Assembly (NCBI GenBank): GCA_051362555.1 | Contig: CM120645.1 | Span: 5,642,001 to 5,706,000, forward strand | Length of the DNA stretch: 64,000 nt | From: Lingula anatina | Taxonomy: Eukaryota; Animalia; Brachiopoda | Reading direction: 5' to 3' | Shown here: positions 26,442 through 38,397 of the stretch, piece after piece | Layout of the letters: every line of letters begins with the position of its first letter | Position numbering within the stretch: the first letter of the stretch is position 1 | Notes under the pieces: generated by a model | The model's database searches: none | The model's input: only the letters and a program-made list of their open reading frames with translations | Told to the model about the DNA's origin: nothing | Translations under genes and position numbers: made by a program

Positions 26442-28384
26442 GCCTTTAGGAGCAGTGTTGTCAGTCAGCCAATCGCAGCGTAATGATTTGAAATACACGT
26501 GGACCGGAAGGATACGGCAGACGAATACATGCATTAAGTGCTCACGTCAAATTTAAACTGCATTATAAATGTCATATCACATATAATAGGTGATAATGAA
26601 GAAAACACATTTCCAGGCGTGTAGGCTAAAAGTCGTAATGCCGAAAGAGGAATTAATCTGCAGTAAATTTGGCAGTGGAATGTCTTGTTATCATTGGAAA
26701 TCTTTCCCAGCGCATGAGAGGCGCTGCGTTAAAGGGATCGCTCTTGTATCACACTATACAAGAGAACAAGATCACGCGTGCTTAAATTATGTGTGAAATG
26801 AACTGATAAGAAACTTGGAACGATCCATGTAATCACTTACGGAAAGGAATTTTAAAAGATTTCACACTTTCCCCCAGGGGGTTTTCTGAACAATAATTGG
26901 AACGACTGCACATTAAAAGAAAGTTTTTGTACATTTTAGCCAAAGCGGCTGTATATATATTTATAACTGTAAATTGTTTCTCTTAAGTTAAAAAAAATCT
27001 AGCTTGTGTAAACACTTCTCTTTGTGACAGTAAACTTTGACTTTGGTATATGCATAAATACAAGACTAAGCAAGAGATTAGTTGGGTAAACCAAATTGCG
27101 CCAAAGAAATCAACAAATAATACAATATATGTAATGCAAGCCAATAGCTATAATATGATTTTAATGAGGCTAGAGGCTGAAGTTAGAGATCTATAATTAT
27201 GTTTATGTTTGGCAGCCGCTTGTATATTCTGTCAAAAAAGTATCAAATGTCTATATTCGTAAAGATAACAATATATATCATATTAACCTCTGTACTCTAT
27301 ATCAGCCTGTGACTCGGTGACTGAGATGGAATTTTTATAATAAAAACTATGAAACTGAACCTATTTAAAATTGCTATTTATTTGTGCATAAGCACATATT
27401 TGCTGAAACCGGGCATTGGCAGATTATTTGCATATTTTACCGACGAAATGGCCCCACCCATTACCAGCAATAGTACAGCGATGATAATTACAAACGTACC
27501 AGAATACGTGAGTCAAATGATCGTGATGTGTGCTTTGCTAAACCAAGTGCAATGGTTTTCTCCAAACAAAAAACGCATCAAATTAGATTCCGGCTCCAAA
27601 TCAGCAGACAAGAACAGAAACACACTGCAGGGTTGCCTGGTCCTTGCTTGAACGCATTACGCCATTTTAGGAGGCCCTATTGATTCCCAGTTTTTTCTCC
27701 CCTTCCACTTTTGCTTGGTCTTGACAATTTTATTTATGCAGTTCACCTTCCTATATGATGTAGTATATATTTTGCCTTGTCACAGTGTCCCTGATCCTTC
27801 CAAAATATGTATGAAAATATATATATATATATAGGAAAGGATAAAACACTATTTATCTGGACTCCTTTTGATTTATATTAAATTACCATCACCACCACCA
27901 ACAAAACCATGGCAGTAGTTAAAATACCTTGTGAGACATTAGATCTGCGCAGGTTGACATATTAAAATCATTTCTGTGCGTAAACCTTGTAGCTTTGCCG
28001 GGTTTATAACGACATTGTTGATGATCATAGCTAGTAATAAATATTGGACATAATTATCATATTAAGATATCATCATTTTTTTCTATTTGAAAATTTGAAG
28101 GTTCGCAGGAAGAGTGTTTCATCTGGCAGCTGCGTAGGTTAAGGGAATTTAGTCACTTTACTGCCTAACAGTTTTTAGTTGGCTGCAAGGAGGAATTCCA
28201 GAGAGCTGAGCGTGCTCTAAATAAATTGTAGATATTTTGATGTCGGTAGCATTTCCCTTTAATGGATAAACCTTCTTTCTTTTTTTAACTGGTATGTACT
28301 CTAGTATTGTACTTACTGACGGCTTTCTACATACCACTAGGTCATCAGACACAATAACTGAAGCTACATGTGGTCGCATATTAA

Positions 28385-28718
28385 AAGGTATACTCCATGG
28401 GTTTGAAAATCCCCAAAATGATTATTTTTGCCATCCACAACTTCTTATAAAACCTTACATACACCTTAAAATAATTTAACCCCTTAAATATATTTTTCCA
28501 GAGCGTGCCTGATGTTGATATTTTCATTGTAGGTTATAGGAAAATGGCCACTGTTATAATGACTGGCCAGTCATTTTAGGCTAAAATTAACCTTTATAAA
28601 TTAATTTGCTCAAAAGTCGAATCAATCGCCGAGAGAGATAGATAAATGGTTCGTGAGTTCGTGAGCTTATTTTCCCAGGAAAATGCGTTTTGGTGGGTAA
28701 AACTCATGAAGTGTACCT
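28385..28718. mobile_element. MITE with TTAA flanks (Kolobok-like ends)
   Basis: TTAA at 28381-28384 and 28719-28722; imperfect TIR AGGTATACTCCATGGGTTT / AAACTCATGAAGTGTACCT. Confidence 0.65.
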
Positions 28719-29920
28719 TTAAAACCAAAGTTTTCACTGTACTACTTAAATGGTAGCATCCACGGCTACGTCAAGATATTGGACCTATTTTAAATGACAT
28801 GAAATGCTTAATTTGTGGACTAATAAGGTCAAAATTTTGTTATTGTTCAATATTAATCGATCTTTAAATTAATGTGGATTCGGAATCTTAAGTCCACTGC
28901 GTTTTGGAAATTGGATCCATGATGCATTTTTTATGCGGCATTGATCTTAGACAATGCTATTTTGGACGTTCATAACAAGAGGTTAGCAATGCATAAAGAC
29001 TTGGATCACTTTTCAAAATAAATCCTTAAAGATATCGCGCACACTCAGCAAACGAAAACACTTCAATTGACTCCACTTCAGTTTAAGAAGGTGTTATTCT
29101 CGTGTCACAGAATACCCACATACCGAGATTTCCTCCAATGCTGAACAAACTACCCACTTAAAGAGAAAAAAAACATATCTTTCAAGTATCTCCCATGAAG
29201 GTTAAGACGTCGAGATCTTAGTATCAACCAATCCCCACAGACCCCAAGCTCGTCCGAGTGGCAATAAATATGGGTAAAAAGTACCAGGAAGCAAGCGCAA
29301 ACGCGGTGCTGATCACTTCCTTCATTACTCTGCTGTTAAATTAACCGTAACTTGAAAATGCGCCGTCCCTTATCTTTTTGCTCCAGGCACACTGTTTTGG
29401 AGCCAAGAAAACAAGAGAGGAATGGAACTTGACAGCTTCATTATTGCCAGGCAATAAACGGTTGATGACATTGACGATAAAGCAGACGACTTCAACAGAG
29501 ATCGATTCAAAATTGTTGCGCGATATTATCGACGTGTTGGTCCCTGGGAGAGGAATTTGTTTCAAGTTTAAAACGGCAATGGGTTTTTGTTTATTTATTT
29601 AAGTGACGGTGTTTCTACGATGAATGCAATACTAAATGTTGACTTTACTTCTTAAATTTAAAGGACGTCTTTACAGCACATCTTTTTTTAAACAAAACAG
29701 TGAATTTCTAAACTAAAAAGTGCCCAGATGGTCAGTCATAATACTGAGAAAACAAAATATTTTATCACAAACATGTTTACTATATTTACATAAGGAACTC
29801 TATGTTGGCATGAATGGCGGCTAAATACAGGTGTGAATATTTACACCTGCCAATACGGAGAGATAAAAGCTGGTGACAACACTTTAAACAGATCCAGTTA
29901 TTTGGCAACCGTCAAGTAAC

Positions 29921-32900
29921 ATGAGGGAAATAAGTAATCTAAGCTTGTTCTCTCTGACATTTTGCTTTCTGGCATTTGCCCCGGCTTGGGCAACGGGAGG
30001 TCCTTTCGGTCCCGTCTACCCCGTGACGGCATCTTGGTTTGCGAACAGATATAGTTTAACAGAATGGGACAAGGCTCTTGGCGAGTTCAAAGCCATAGGG
30101 GGCGACACCGTACTGACGGTTGGAGCGATGTACAACAACAGGACAAAATCTAGCATTTTGCAAGATAAAGCATTTTCTGGGTAAGTGCTTTTTCGGTTCG
30201 GAGAATGAATATTCTCTCTTCTCCTTTCTGTAACTAATATTCAGACCAGCGGAATGGGTGCCAAACTGGACGAAATTGCTAAAACATACATTCAACACTC
30301 ATCCTTTGGGCACATCTTCACTATATTTGCCCCCCTGCACCAGCACCTGATAAGGCCAAACCCTAAACCCCTTGATGCTCTGCTGCTGCTGTTAATACAT
30401 GCAGTCTTGTAATGTCATGTATACAAACCACGCAAAGATGAAACGTCCCAGCTGGTCAAACAAGTTCTTTTAAAGTTTAAGAGAGAAAAGGTGATAAACA
30501 CACGCACGCTCTGGGGTTCTGCTTAAGCAATCTGGGCGATTTTCAAATCTGCATCTTGGTTGGTTAAAACGGTGCAAGTAACATCATCATAGCATTTTTA
30601 CAAAAGGGGTTTCGAAAATTCTTGCACATTTTAAAGCATTTAGACGCTATATCAATAACCTAATTAGCGTCTGACTTTTTCAATTTTGTAGTGATGTTTA
30701 ACTTTTGAAAAAAAAAGGTCAATGAGTGATTGTTTTGTTGCAGATGCGTTGCCAATGGCGTTCACTGTGCCGAAGACGCGGAACAGGAATTAAACAAGGC
30801 AGGGTTGAAGATCGTATCTTGGGTCACCTATGAAAACAGTGAAAACTACGGATCTAAGATACTGGCCTGTCCTCTGGATAAGAAGATAAGGGTGACGTCA
30901 CCGGACGTGACGTATTATCGTGTTATTCTTCACACTAGCATTGGCTATGACAGGTATAGATCTACATCTTCTCACTTGGTGGTTATGTGATAAAGTGGAA
31001 TAACCTTTTTTGATTAGATATTTTGTTGAACAATAAGATTTCTAGAAAGAAAAAATGTATTTGAAAGGAATTTCGGACTGAGGTATTTCAAGAGGAAGTA
31101 TAAGAATGAATACCCCATGTGTCTTTTCAGCGTACCTTTTGGCATTACATGGTACTACATTCTTTTACTCCTCTTTAAAGTAAACCAAATAAATATAATA
31201 TATAAATATCAAAATTAAAAACTTATCTTTAATACTGCCAAGTGGTCAAAGCAGAAAGCAACCCCTGAGTTCCTATACAAATAGCAATTATGAAATAACC
31301 CTTGCAACCTTAAGTACTGGGTATGTGACACTCTCTATTTAAAAACATAGGCCATCTTGCGAGTTTAAACCAGGCTCCAACGTCACAGTACTGTTCACGG
31401 CATTCACTGGAGCGGATCCTCATTCCCTCCTCCTTCAAAGTGCTTCCTCAAAAAACATAAGCATCTACCTCGGCCTTCCTCGACTTCCTCGGGTTCCTGA
31501 GAGCGACGTGGGTTTCCAGATGATTCTGTCTTACTCGGAGTGGGTTTACCGCGCCCTGGTTGATCACAAGGACAGGTACGGTGCCAAATTTTCCAGCACC
31601 CTCATTGGGTACTTCAGCGGAGATGCCTACGATCTTGGAGATCTGACCAAAACGTCCAAGGGTGCAGTTGGGTCATCTTCAGAGGGTGGCCAGACTCCCA
31701 CGGCTGTTATCGCCATCTACCGGGAAGTCACAGCCCTAGTACATTACAATGGTAAAGCGTTTGCGACGGCGCCCTCTATCGACCTTAGGAAGTCTCACAA
31801 ACGCGCCTTGACTGATTACACCAGGGGGATGATGCTGTTGGCCTTTTTGGGGGTTGATGTCATTGCCGTCCAAGAGGGTCGGGGCCTAGGTAAATCATCG
31901 TACTACGGCGTAAATGAAACAAGAGTACCAATCAAAAACGGAGACCCAACGCTGTTCCAAATTCTCAAGAAGAACAATCCGCTTTTGCCAGAGACCGTTA
32001 CATTTGGCGATGTCTATATTAATAATACTCAAACGGTATGTCTAGGAACGAAAATAGTAGCCTTTGGGTCATAGTTGTTGGGTTTTGGAATGCCACGGCC
32101 TTAATCTATTTTACGATCTGTTAAAGTATAAACGAAACTTGAAACAAAAACAATAAGCGAGTTCTAAATATAACCTTATAATAGACTGCAAATATAAATT
32201 TGGAAAACAAAATTAAATCTCTCCCACGGAAATGTGCACGAAACACAACAAGAATTAATAACATTACAGCAAAATTTTGCACAATGACATCAATCTATAT
32301 TTTCATAGAGCCTGGGGGGAAATTAAAGGAGAAATATGAAACGTGTCTCACCATTTTATCATGGTTTTTTTCTAGCTGTTTCAATTACTGTCAGCTTCTC
32401 GTGAGAAAAATCAAGTCCAGTCTGAACTGTGGCTTGTGGTGCAGGCATTTGACGACCTGGGTGGGGGCTGCCCCATCGACGTGAACTTCTCAGGATCAGG
32501 TAATGCATCTTTCAAACCAGAGAGCAGTCCAAAAGTGAAGACCGCTGCCGAGGAAAAATACAATTAATTTTTACAAATATTACGAGGCACGGCTCGGACT
32601 TGTTGCAATTGGAACATTTCTTTCCCTCCTTGTTAACCTTCTATAGTATCTTGAAAATGCCAACGAAATTTTTAAAGAACTCTTTGATGTATCTCGTCCA
32701 TTAACAAGCAGACAAACCAACGCCGCTAAAAAAATGGATGGCGGAGGAGGCAATACCTTCGTGTAGAATTTTAAAGCCCTTTCACACATTGTTAAAGCCT
32801 AGATTACATTTGAAATGCCATGCCCGTACGGTGCACGCATACTGCCCGTAATACCCTTTTCGTACGGCGTCTGAGCGGAGGTAGACGGTGGCCGAGCGAA

Positions 32901-35212
32901 ATCTTACGGAATCGTACTGATTTAAGGCCATGTAATGTAGACATACTCGGCGTAGCCCGTAGCTCCTTACGGTTTGTGCCCGCGTAAATGTAATCTAGGC
33001 TTAAGAGGAAGGCAACTGAAGAAAATCCACTGACTTTCTATTTTCCCAGATATCCCCTCCAAGGCTGTGCCAGTGGACAAGTCCCGTGTGGACTGGGCCA
33101 TTTCTTCGGCCGGGGCCAGTGTCCAGAAAATAGCCGTCATCGCCTGGGACGATCTGTACACCTACACTGACAAAGAACACAGCAAGAGTCTTTCACAGGT
33201 AGTTTGTAATTTTGCTAGCTAGCCTGTTATTTGTAGAGGTTAGTTGACATTGGACACCGTAATTCCTACTGAAGAGTAAGGGCCAGATTTGGTACACAGA
33301 CTCTAAAACGGACTCAAACTTTGACACATTAAAGCGTTTTTCACATCCAGATAAGTATTACAAAACCTGTGCATACGTGTGATAATTCGAGAATAAAATT
33401 TGTCCCTATTTTTTTTTATTCGAAATCTTATGAATCGAGATTTAGATGCTAAGACTTACTCGTTAAGCGCTGTCAGAGATTGATCAAGAGAAAGCAGACA
33501 GCAGAGCTGCGTTTCGTTTGCGCGCCAGAATTTCCCTGGACTGCTTCAACCCTTTTCCTAGAGGAGGGGGAGGTATTTTAAATTAATTTTGTTAAATAAA
33601 CCCTCATGCTGCTTAATGCAAGTCGCGATTGCACCGACTTTCATCTTTGTTGAAACGATTAAGTTTTACTCGCCTAAAAACATCATGTAAACTCATGTAA
33701 ATATAGTTAACCAGTGGAATCCGTTTCCGACTTATGTCTAGGTTCTCACTGATACATTTTTTTCGAAATTGATATTGCTGGCGAGGTATTTCTCACTTCC
33801 TGTTGGCATTTAATTTACCTTGTATCCTTGAAATGCGTCGAAACAAAATTATAAAGCTCTGCTGAGTGGCGACATTAATGGTACGTAATTGATTAACGTT
33901 TCATTCAAAGCTGTCTTTGCAAAGGGATTCGCAGCCCGGTTTCGAGCACCATTTTAGAGCAATTTCCAAGAAGGAGGCAGTTTAAACCTGACGGCCTGTG
34001 GAGTTATCTATTTATAGTGCTCTGATGATGCACGGAGGATGACATCTGAAGCTAGTGCGTGAATAATTCATACCGACTTGTACACTACCGATTTTCACCC
34101 CGGTTAGTCTTATATTGGAGGGTGTTGCTCTTGGGTAAAGAAACAAAGAAGGATCTACGCTCCTCATTCGTTTTAATCAATACAAGAAAATCGCCCAATT
34201 TGAATCACCTTAAAACAGTTTTGTAACTCTATAGAGATGATTTTTGCTAGTTTAATTTCCACAACAACTAATGTGATACATTTGAAGTAATTCAAGTGGA
34301 GTCTCCGTACATTCAGCGTTTAATGTATTTCATCGAGTCAAAATTAAAGCAAGGAAGACTTCAGGCAACCCTTTCGCTTTCACCCTTTTCCTTCCTTCTT
34401 TAACTTCTACATTATCCGCCTTAAGTGGATCTTTACAATATATTTCCATGTATTTAACTTTAATTAATTCTTATTCAATTTAATTCCAGCAAATCATGGA
34501 GGATTTGACCAGACCTATTCTCTCCTACTGCAATTTCCACAACAGCCGAAACCTATCAGTAGTTGTAATAGGGTACAATCTAGAGGGCATGACGCAGCCT
34601 TTTGAGGTAAATATAAAAAGCATTTATTCTGAATTACTTTTTTTTTACTTAAGAACTAAATAATTTGAATTAAAATTATTGAGCAGGATTTCGATTAATT
34701 TCAATTGCCATATATGAACGTCATTTAAACTTCAAAATAACAATTTCAAGTGATTAAGCTTACACGATCTGAATAGTTGAGAAAGATGGTCTAACACTGG
34801 AAAAAATGGAAATACAAATAAAATTTTCTTTAGTTTAGTATTTTGTGACAATAACAGATATAATCTTGGTGCGTTCGAAAATCACGTTTTCTGTCTCCAA
34901 TCTCAATTCGTTATCGATGTCTCGCTTAATGGGTTTAGAGATTCCGAGTGCTTTTATTTATATCAATAACCCAGATATTTCCTCCTTCAGCTTCGCTACT
35001 TGGATTCCGACGGTAGCCCACGGAAGAGTGACATCGGCGGCTATTACTTCTGGGTGAACTACGGTGTGGAGCGCCACCTGGTGCCATCTCTGCAATATAT
35101 TATGTTATGGGACGGGCTGCCGCTACGAGACATGGCGGCGCGTGGTTACATTTACGTCATTCCTTACGGAGCCTATCATGGCTGCATCTTTGAATATGAT
35201 TTTAACGTCTAA
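29921..35212 (+). CDS. Secreted DUF4434-like (glycoside hydrolase TIM-barrel-type) protein, about 588 aa, 7 exons
   Basis: Exons 29921-30180, 30744-30953, 31351-32035, 32376-32499, 33050-33198, 34490-34606, 34991-35212 (1767 bp, phases consistent). Signal peptide; motifs WDKALGEFKAIGGDTV, LLLQSA..NISIYLGLP, DVIAVQEGRG, LWLVVQAF, RVDWAI..VQKI resemble DUF4434 proteins as I remember them. The gene model is firmer than the family call. Confidence 0.75.
32796..33001. mobile_element. PIF/Harbinger-type MITE in intron 4 of the DUF4434-like gene
   Basis: Perfect 16-bp TIR AGCCTAGATTACATTT / AAATGTAATCTAGGCT, TAA on both sides. Confidence 0.85.
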
Positions 35213-36878
35213 AAGGGACACGTCCAGAAATTCTTTGAGAATGATCTCTTTACATACGATATTGCTTGTTACACTGTATAAAATTATAGTTGGGATATGA
35301 TTATAAAGCACAGTGTGGAGAAAAAATTAAGAAATTTATTTGCACCGCTTGCTCAAGTCTTTTGGAGTGAAATTATTATATAAACTTTAAACTAACAATG
35401 CCAAATCAAGTACGTTTTTCACTAAATACGAATTGTTTCGCACTTTATCTGGACTCTTGTTAGCTTAAATTTATTTTCGTTTCTTTTGTGTTTGCGTTGA
35501 TTTCTTACGTTTTCCGCTAACCTGGAAGGTATCGTTTCATATTTCCCGACAAAATGGTATCTGAGCAGACGTTTCTCCTCTTTAAATATAAATAGGTCAA
35601 ATTTACAACCCAAACTTTAAGAATGGTAAATGCTATTTTAATCATTTTTCTTGGCTGTCCAAATAACGAATTTGGTTCAACCTTTGGGACCATGTGCTCT
35701 TTCAAGTCGTTTAACAAACTAATAACTAGTAGTAATTTAATTGTGTTACAGGGAATCCACGCATGTTTTAGGAGCAACTTAAATTGTCACAATATATTGA
35801 GAAAATCCAAGAAAGTGGAAAGTTGGCTGTAACCGAGCATTTTCATGAAAGACCAGAATCCAAATACCACATGCAGTTGCTCCCTATTCTTGCAAACCTT
35901 GGGAACAAACCACGCTGGCACTTTTAAATACCATTCTAAAATTCATAGACCTCATTTTGAGACTGCACAAACTGGAGCACCAATGAACTCCACATCAGTT
36001 AAATCTGTAGTCTTTTGCACGATTTCCCAAACCACCACAATAAATGGGTACATTCTGTGATAATGTAGACAATTTACTAAGTCATAAATATACAAGGTGC
36101 GTGGACTGTATATACATAATATTTTTTTATAAATGAAGCTATTCAAAATCAAATTTACCATTTGGGTGGAATGTTCTTAAGACATTATAATGACATTCAT
36201 TAATTCAAACAAATTCACTGCATCAAGCAACTGCAGTCCTAAGAAAAACGTGGAACTTTGATGAAATGGGTTTTTCATTGCCTCTCTTGTAATGACGGCA
36301 AAAAGGGAAATCGTTTCTAAAGGGAGGAAGCATAAGGCCCCTACCTAATAGAACCTGTGGCAGAACTTGCTCATTTTTAAAATGTCAGAAAGAAGCAGAT
36401 TTACCATAGGTGAAAATTTTGTCTCATTAGAAAGGATTTTTTGCCAAATTACCATGAAACACGTCTTCTAGATAAAGATATAAATTGATTCAATCCTCAA
36501 TTATTACACACAACATAAAGTCAATTCTTTAACTATATTACAAGCCAGCTCCAAAATATATTACAAGGTACTTTGCCAGGCTTTTAAATGTTTCCCAAGA
36601 CATATAATTTAAAATTAAACGAGACTTACCTTGGTTAAGTCGATGTTTGATTGTAATTCTGTGAGTGTAAAAATGAGGGAGGGCTTAAATGAGATATGCT
36701 TGCGCATGCGTACTCAGCCTTTAAAGCTTGATGTTTTCACATTTTTTTTTTTTTTTAAAGAACATTTTTATTTATTTATCTATTAGTAGTATTATGAAAT
36801 ATATATATATATATATTTATATCTGTGAGCTGATTACATTGGAATTATATTACTGAGTAAGCTGGGTGGGGAGGGTGG

Positions 36879-37002
36879 CATTTAAGCCCTCCCTCATTTT
36901 TACACTCACAGAATTACAATCAAACATCGACTTAACCAAGGTAAGTCTCGTTTAATTTTAAATTCTATTTCGTATAAAAATATCGGTCAGTCTTAAATGA
37001 GA
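36879..37002. repeat. DIRS internal complementary region (ICR)
   Basis: 36879-36964 is the exact reverse complement of 36606-36691 (86 bp); 36962-37002 is the exact reverse complement of 41371-41411 (41 bp); the two parts overlap at ATT. Confidence 0.95.
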
Positions 37003-37159
37003 CTTTAAAGTAAAATGTGACAAACATCAATAAACCAGTATTCAATGGCCTTTATTTCAGCTTAAAATATCGTTTAGAACAGTTTCAACAAATCATCAAC
37101 AGATACTCATGTAAACCTATACATGCCAGTATATATATACTAGTATATGAATGTGCTCA

Positions 37160-38397
37160 TTACTTCCTTTTTAAAACTCCATATTCAAATGTGGTAGCTT
37201 TATCCTCGATTTGTTTCTCATAGAATTTTGCAAATGTTTTTTCAGTACTCCAACCAGCTTTGTTCAAAATATCTGTCACTGGCACAGAATTCATTTTTGC
37301 CTTTGAAACAGCAGCAGCTCTCACACTGTGAGCACCAAATAAAGTAGTGTCTATTCCTGATTTTGTCATTACAACTTTGATCCATCTAGAAATAGTATCT
37401 CTTTGAACAGGTTTATAAGGTTTCATATAACTTATAAGCAAATTTTTATCAACATTATGCCTACGCAATGTCTTTGTACGAGCTATATACTCTTTTAAAA
37501 CAGTATAAACACACAACCTCCTATCTGGAGGGTAAGCTTTAAACACAATATGTGATGAATTACAACCTGGTCTACTTTGCTTCAGTAAACCACATAACTG
37601 AAACACAAACTCTGAACTCAACTTTTTCATATCAACTACAGAAATTAAATGCAATGTTTGTACACGTGTGGCATTAATTAATGCCATGAGCATTGTAAGT
37701 TTAAAGTCAGATCCTTCAAAGTCAAGTGCTTTACTGGTGAAAGTTTCCTTAAGAAAACCAGAACTTTATTAACATCCCAAATTTGAGCATAACGTTGTCT
37801 TGGTGGCCTCAAATTATAAATGCCTTTCATATATCTTATCACCAATGGATGACTCCCTGCTGAAACTCCATCAATTTGAATACCCATTGATGAAATAGCA
37901 CCTCTTGCTGTAATTAAACTGTCATAAGCTAAGCCATCATTAAACTGTTTTGTAAGAAATTCTATCACCTCTTCCACATGTGGTGAAATTGAATTAATTT
38001 TCCTTTCACCACAGTATTTGAACCAGCGTTTAATGAACACGTTGTATTGTTTCTTTGTCCCTGTACGCCAAGATGACATAAGTATGTGGGTTGATTGCTC
38101 AGAAAGGCCTCGTTCTCTAAACTGTTCCCTGATACTTTGCATACAATGAGTTTCAACTTGTCCATAAGAGGATGTTCCACTGGGAGCTTGTTCCCTGGTA
38201 AAGTTAGCAGACCTTTTTTCTTTTGAATGACTATTGGGTTTTCCACAAGTAATTCCATCAACTTTGCAAACCATATCTGTGTTGGCCATACAGGAGCCAC
38301 TATAATACCCCTGGCTTTGTCTTTGCGAATCTTCTGGATACAATGACCCAGCAAACTGAAAGGTGGAAACAGATAAACATAATTCAGTGTTCCCCAA
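37160..38397 (-). pseudogene. DIRS tyrosine recombinase, split by a 1-bp frameshift near 37700
   Basis: N-terminal SSWRTGTKKQY..WFKYC, WDVNKVL; C-terminal ATRVQ, LLKQSRPG, HSVR, AGWS, FAKFY; adding one A gives LTLKDLTLKLTMLMAL. Confidence 0.9.

Noticed and set aside
29921-35212. Bacterial contamination as the source of the DUF4434-like gene
   Set aside because: Six canonical spliceosomal introns, an intronic MITE and contiguity with MCM2.
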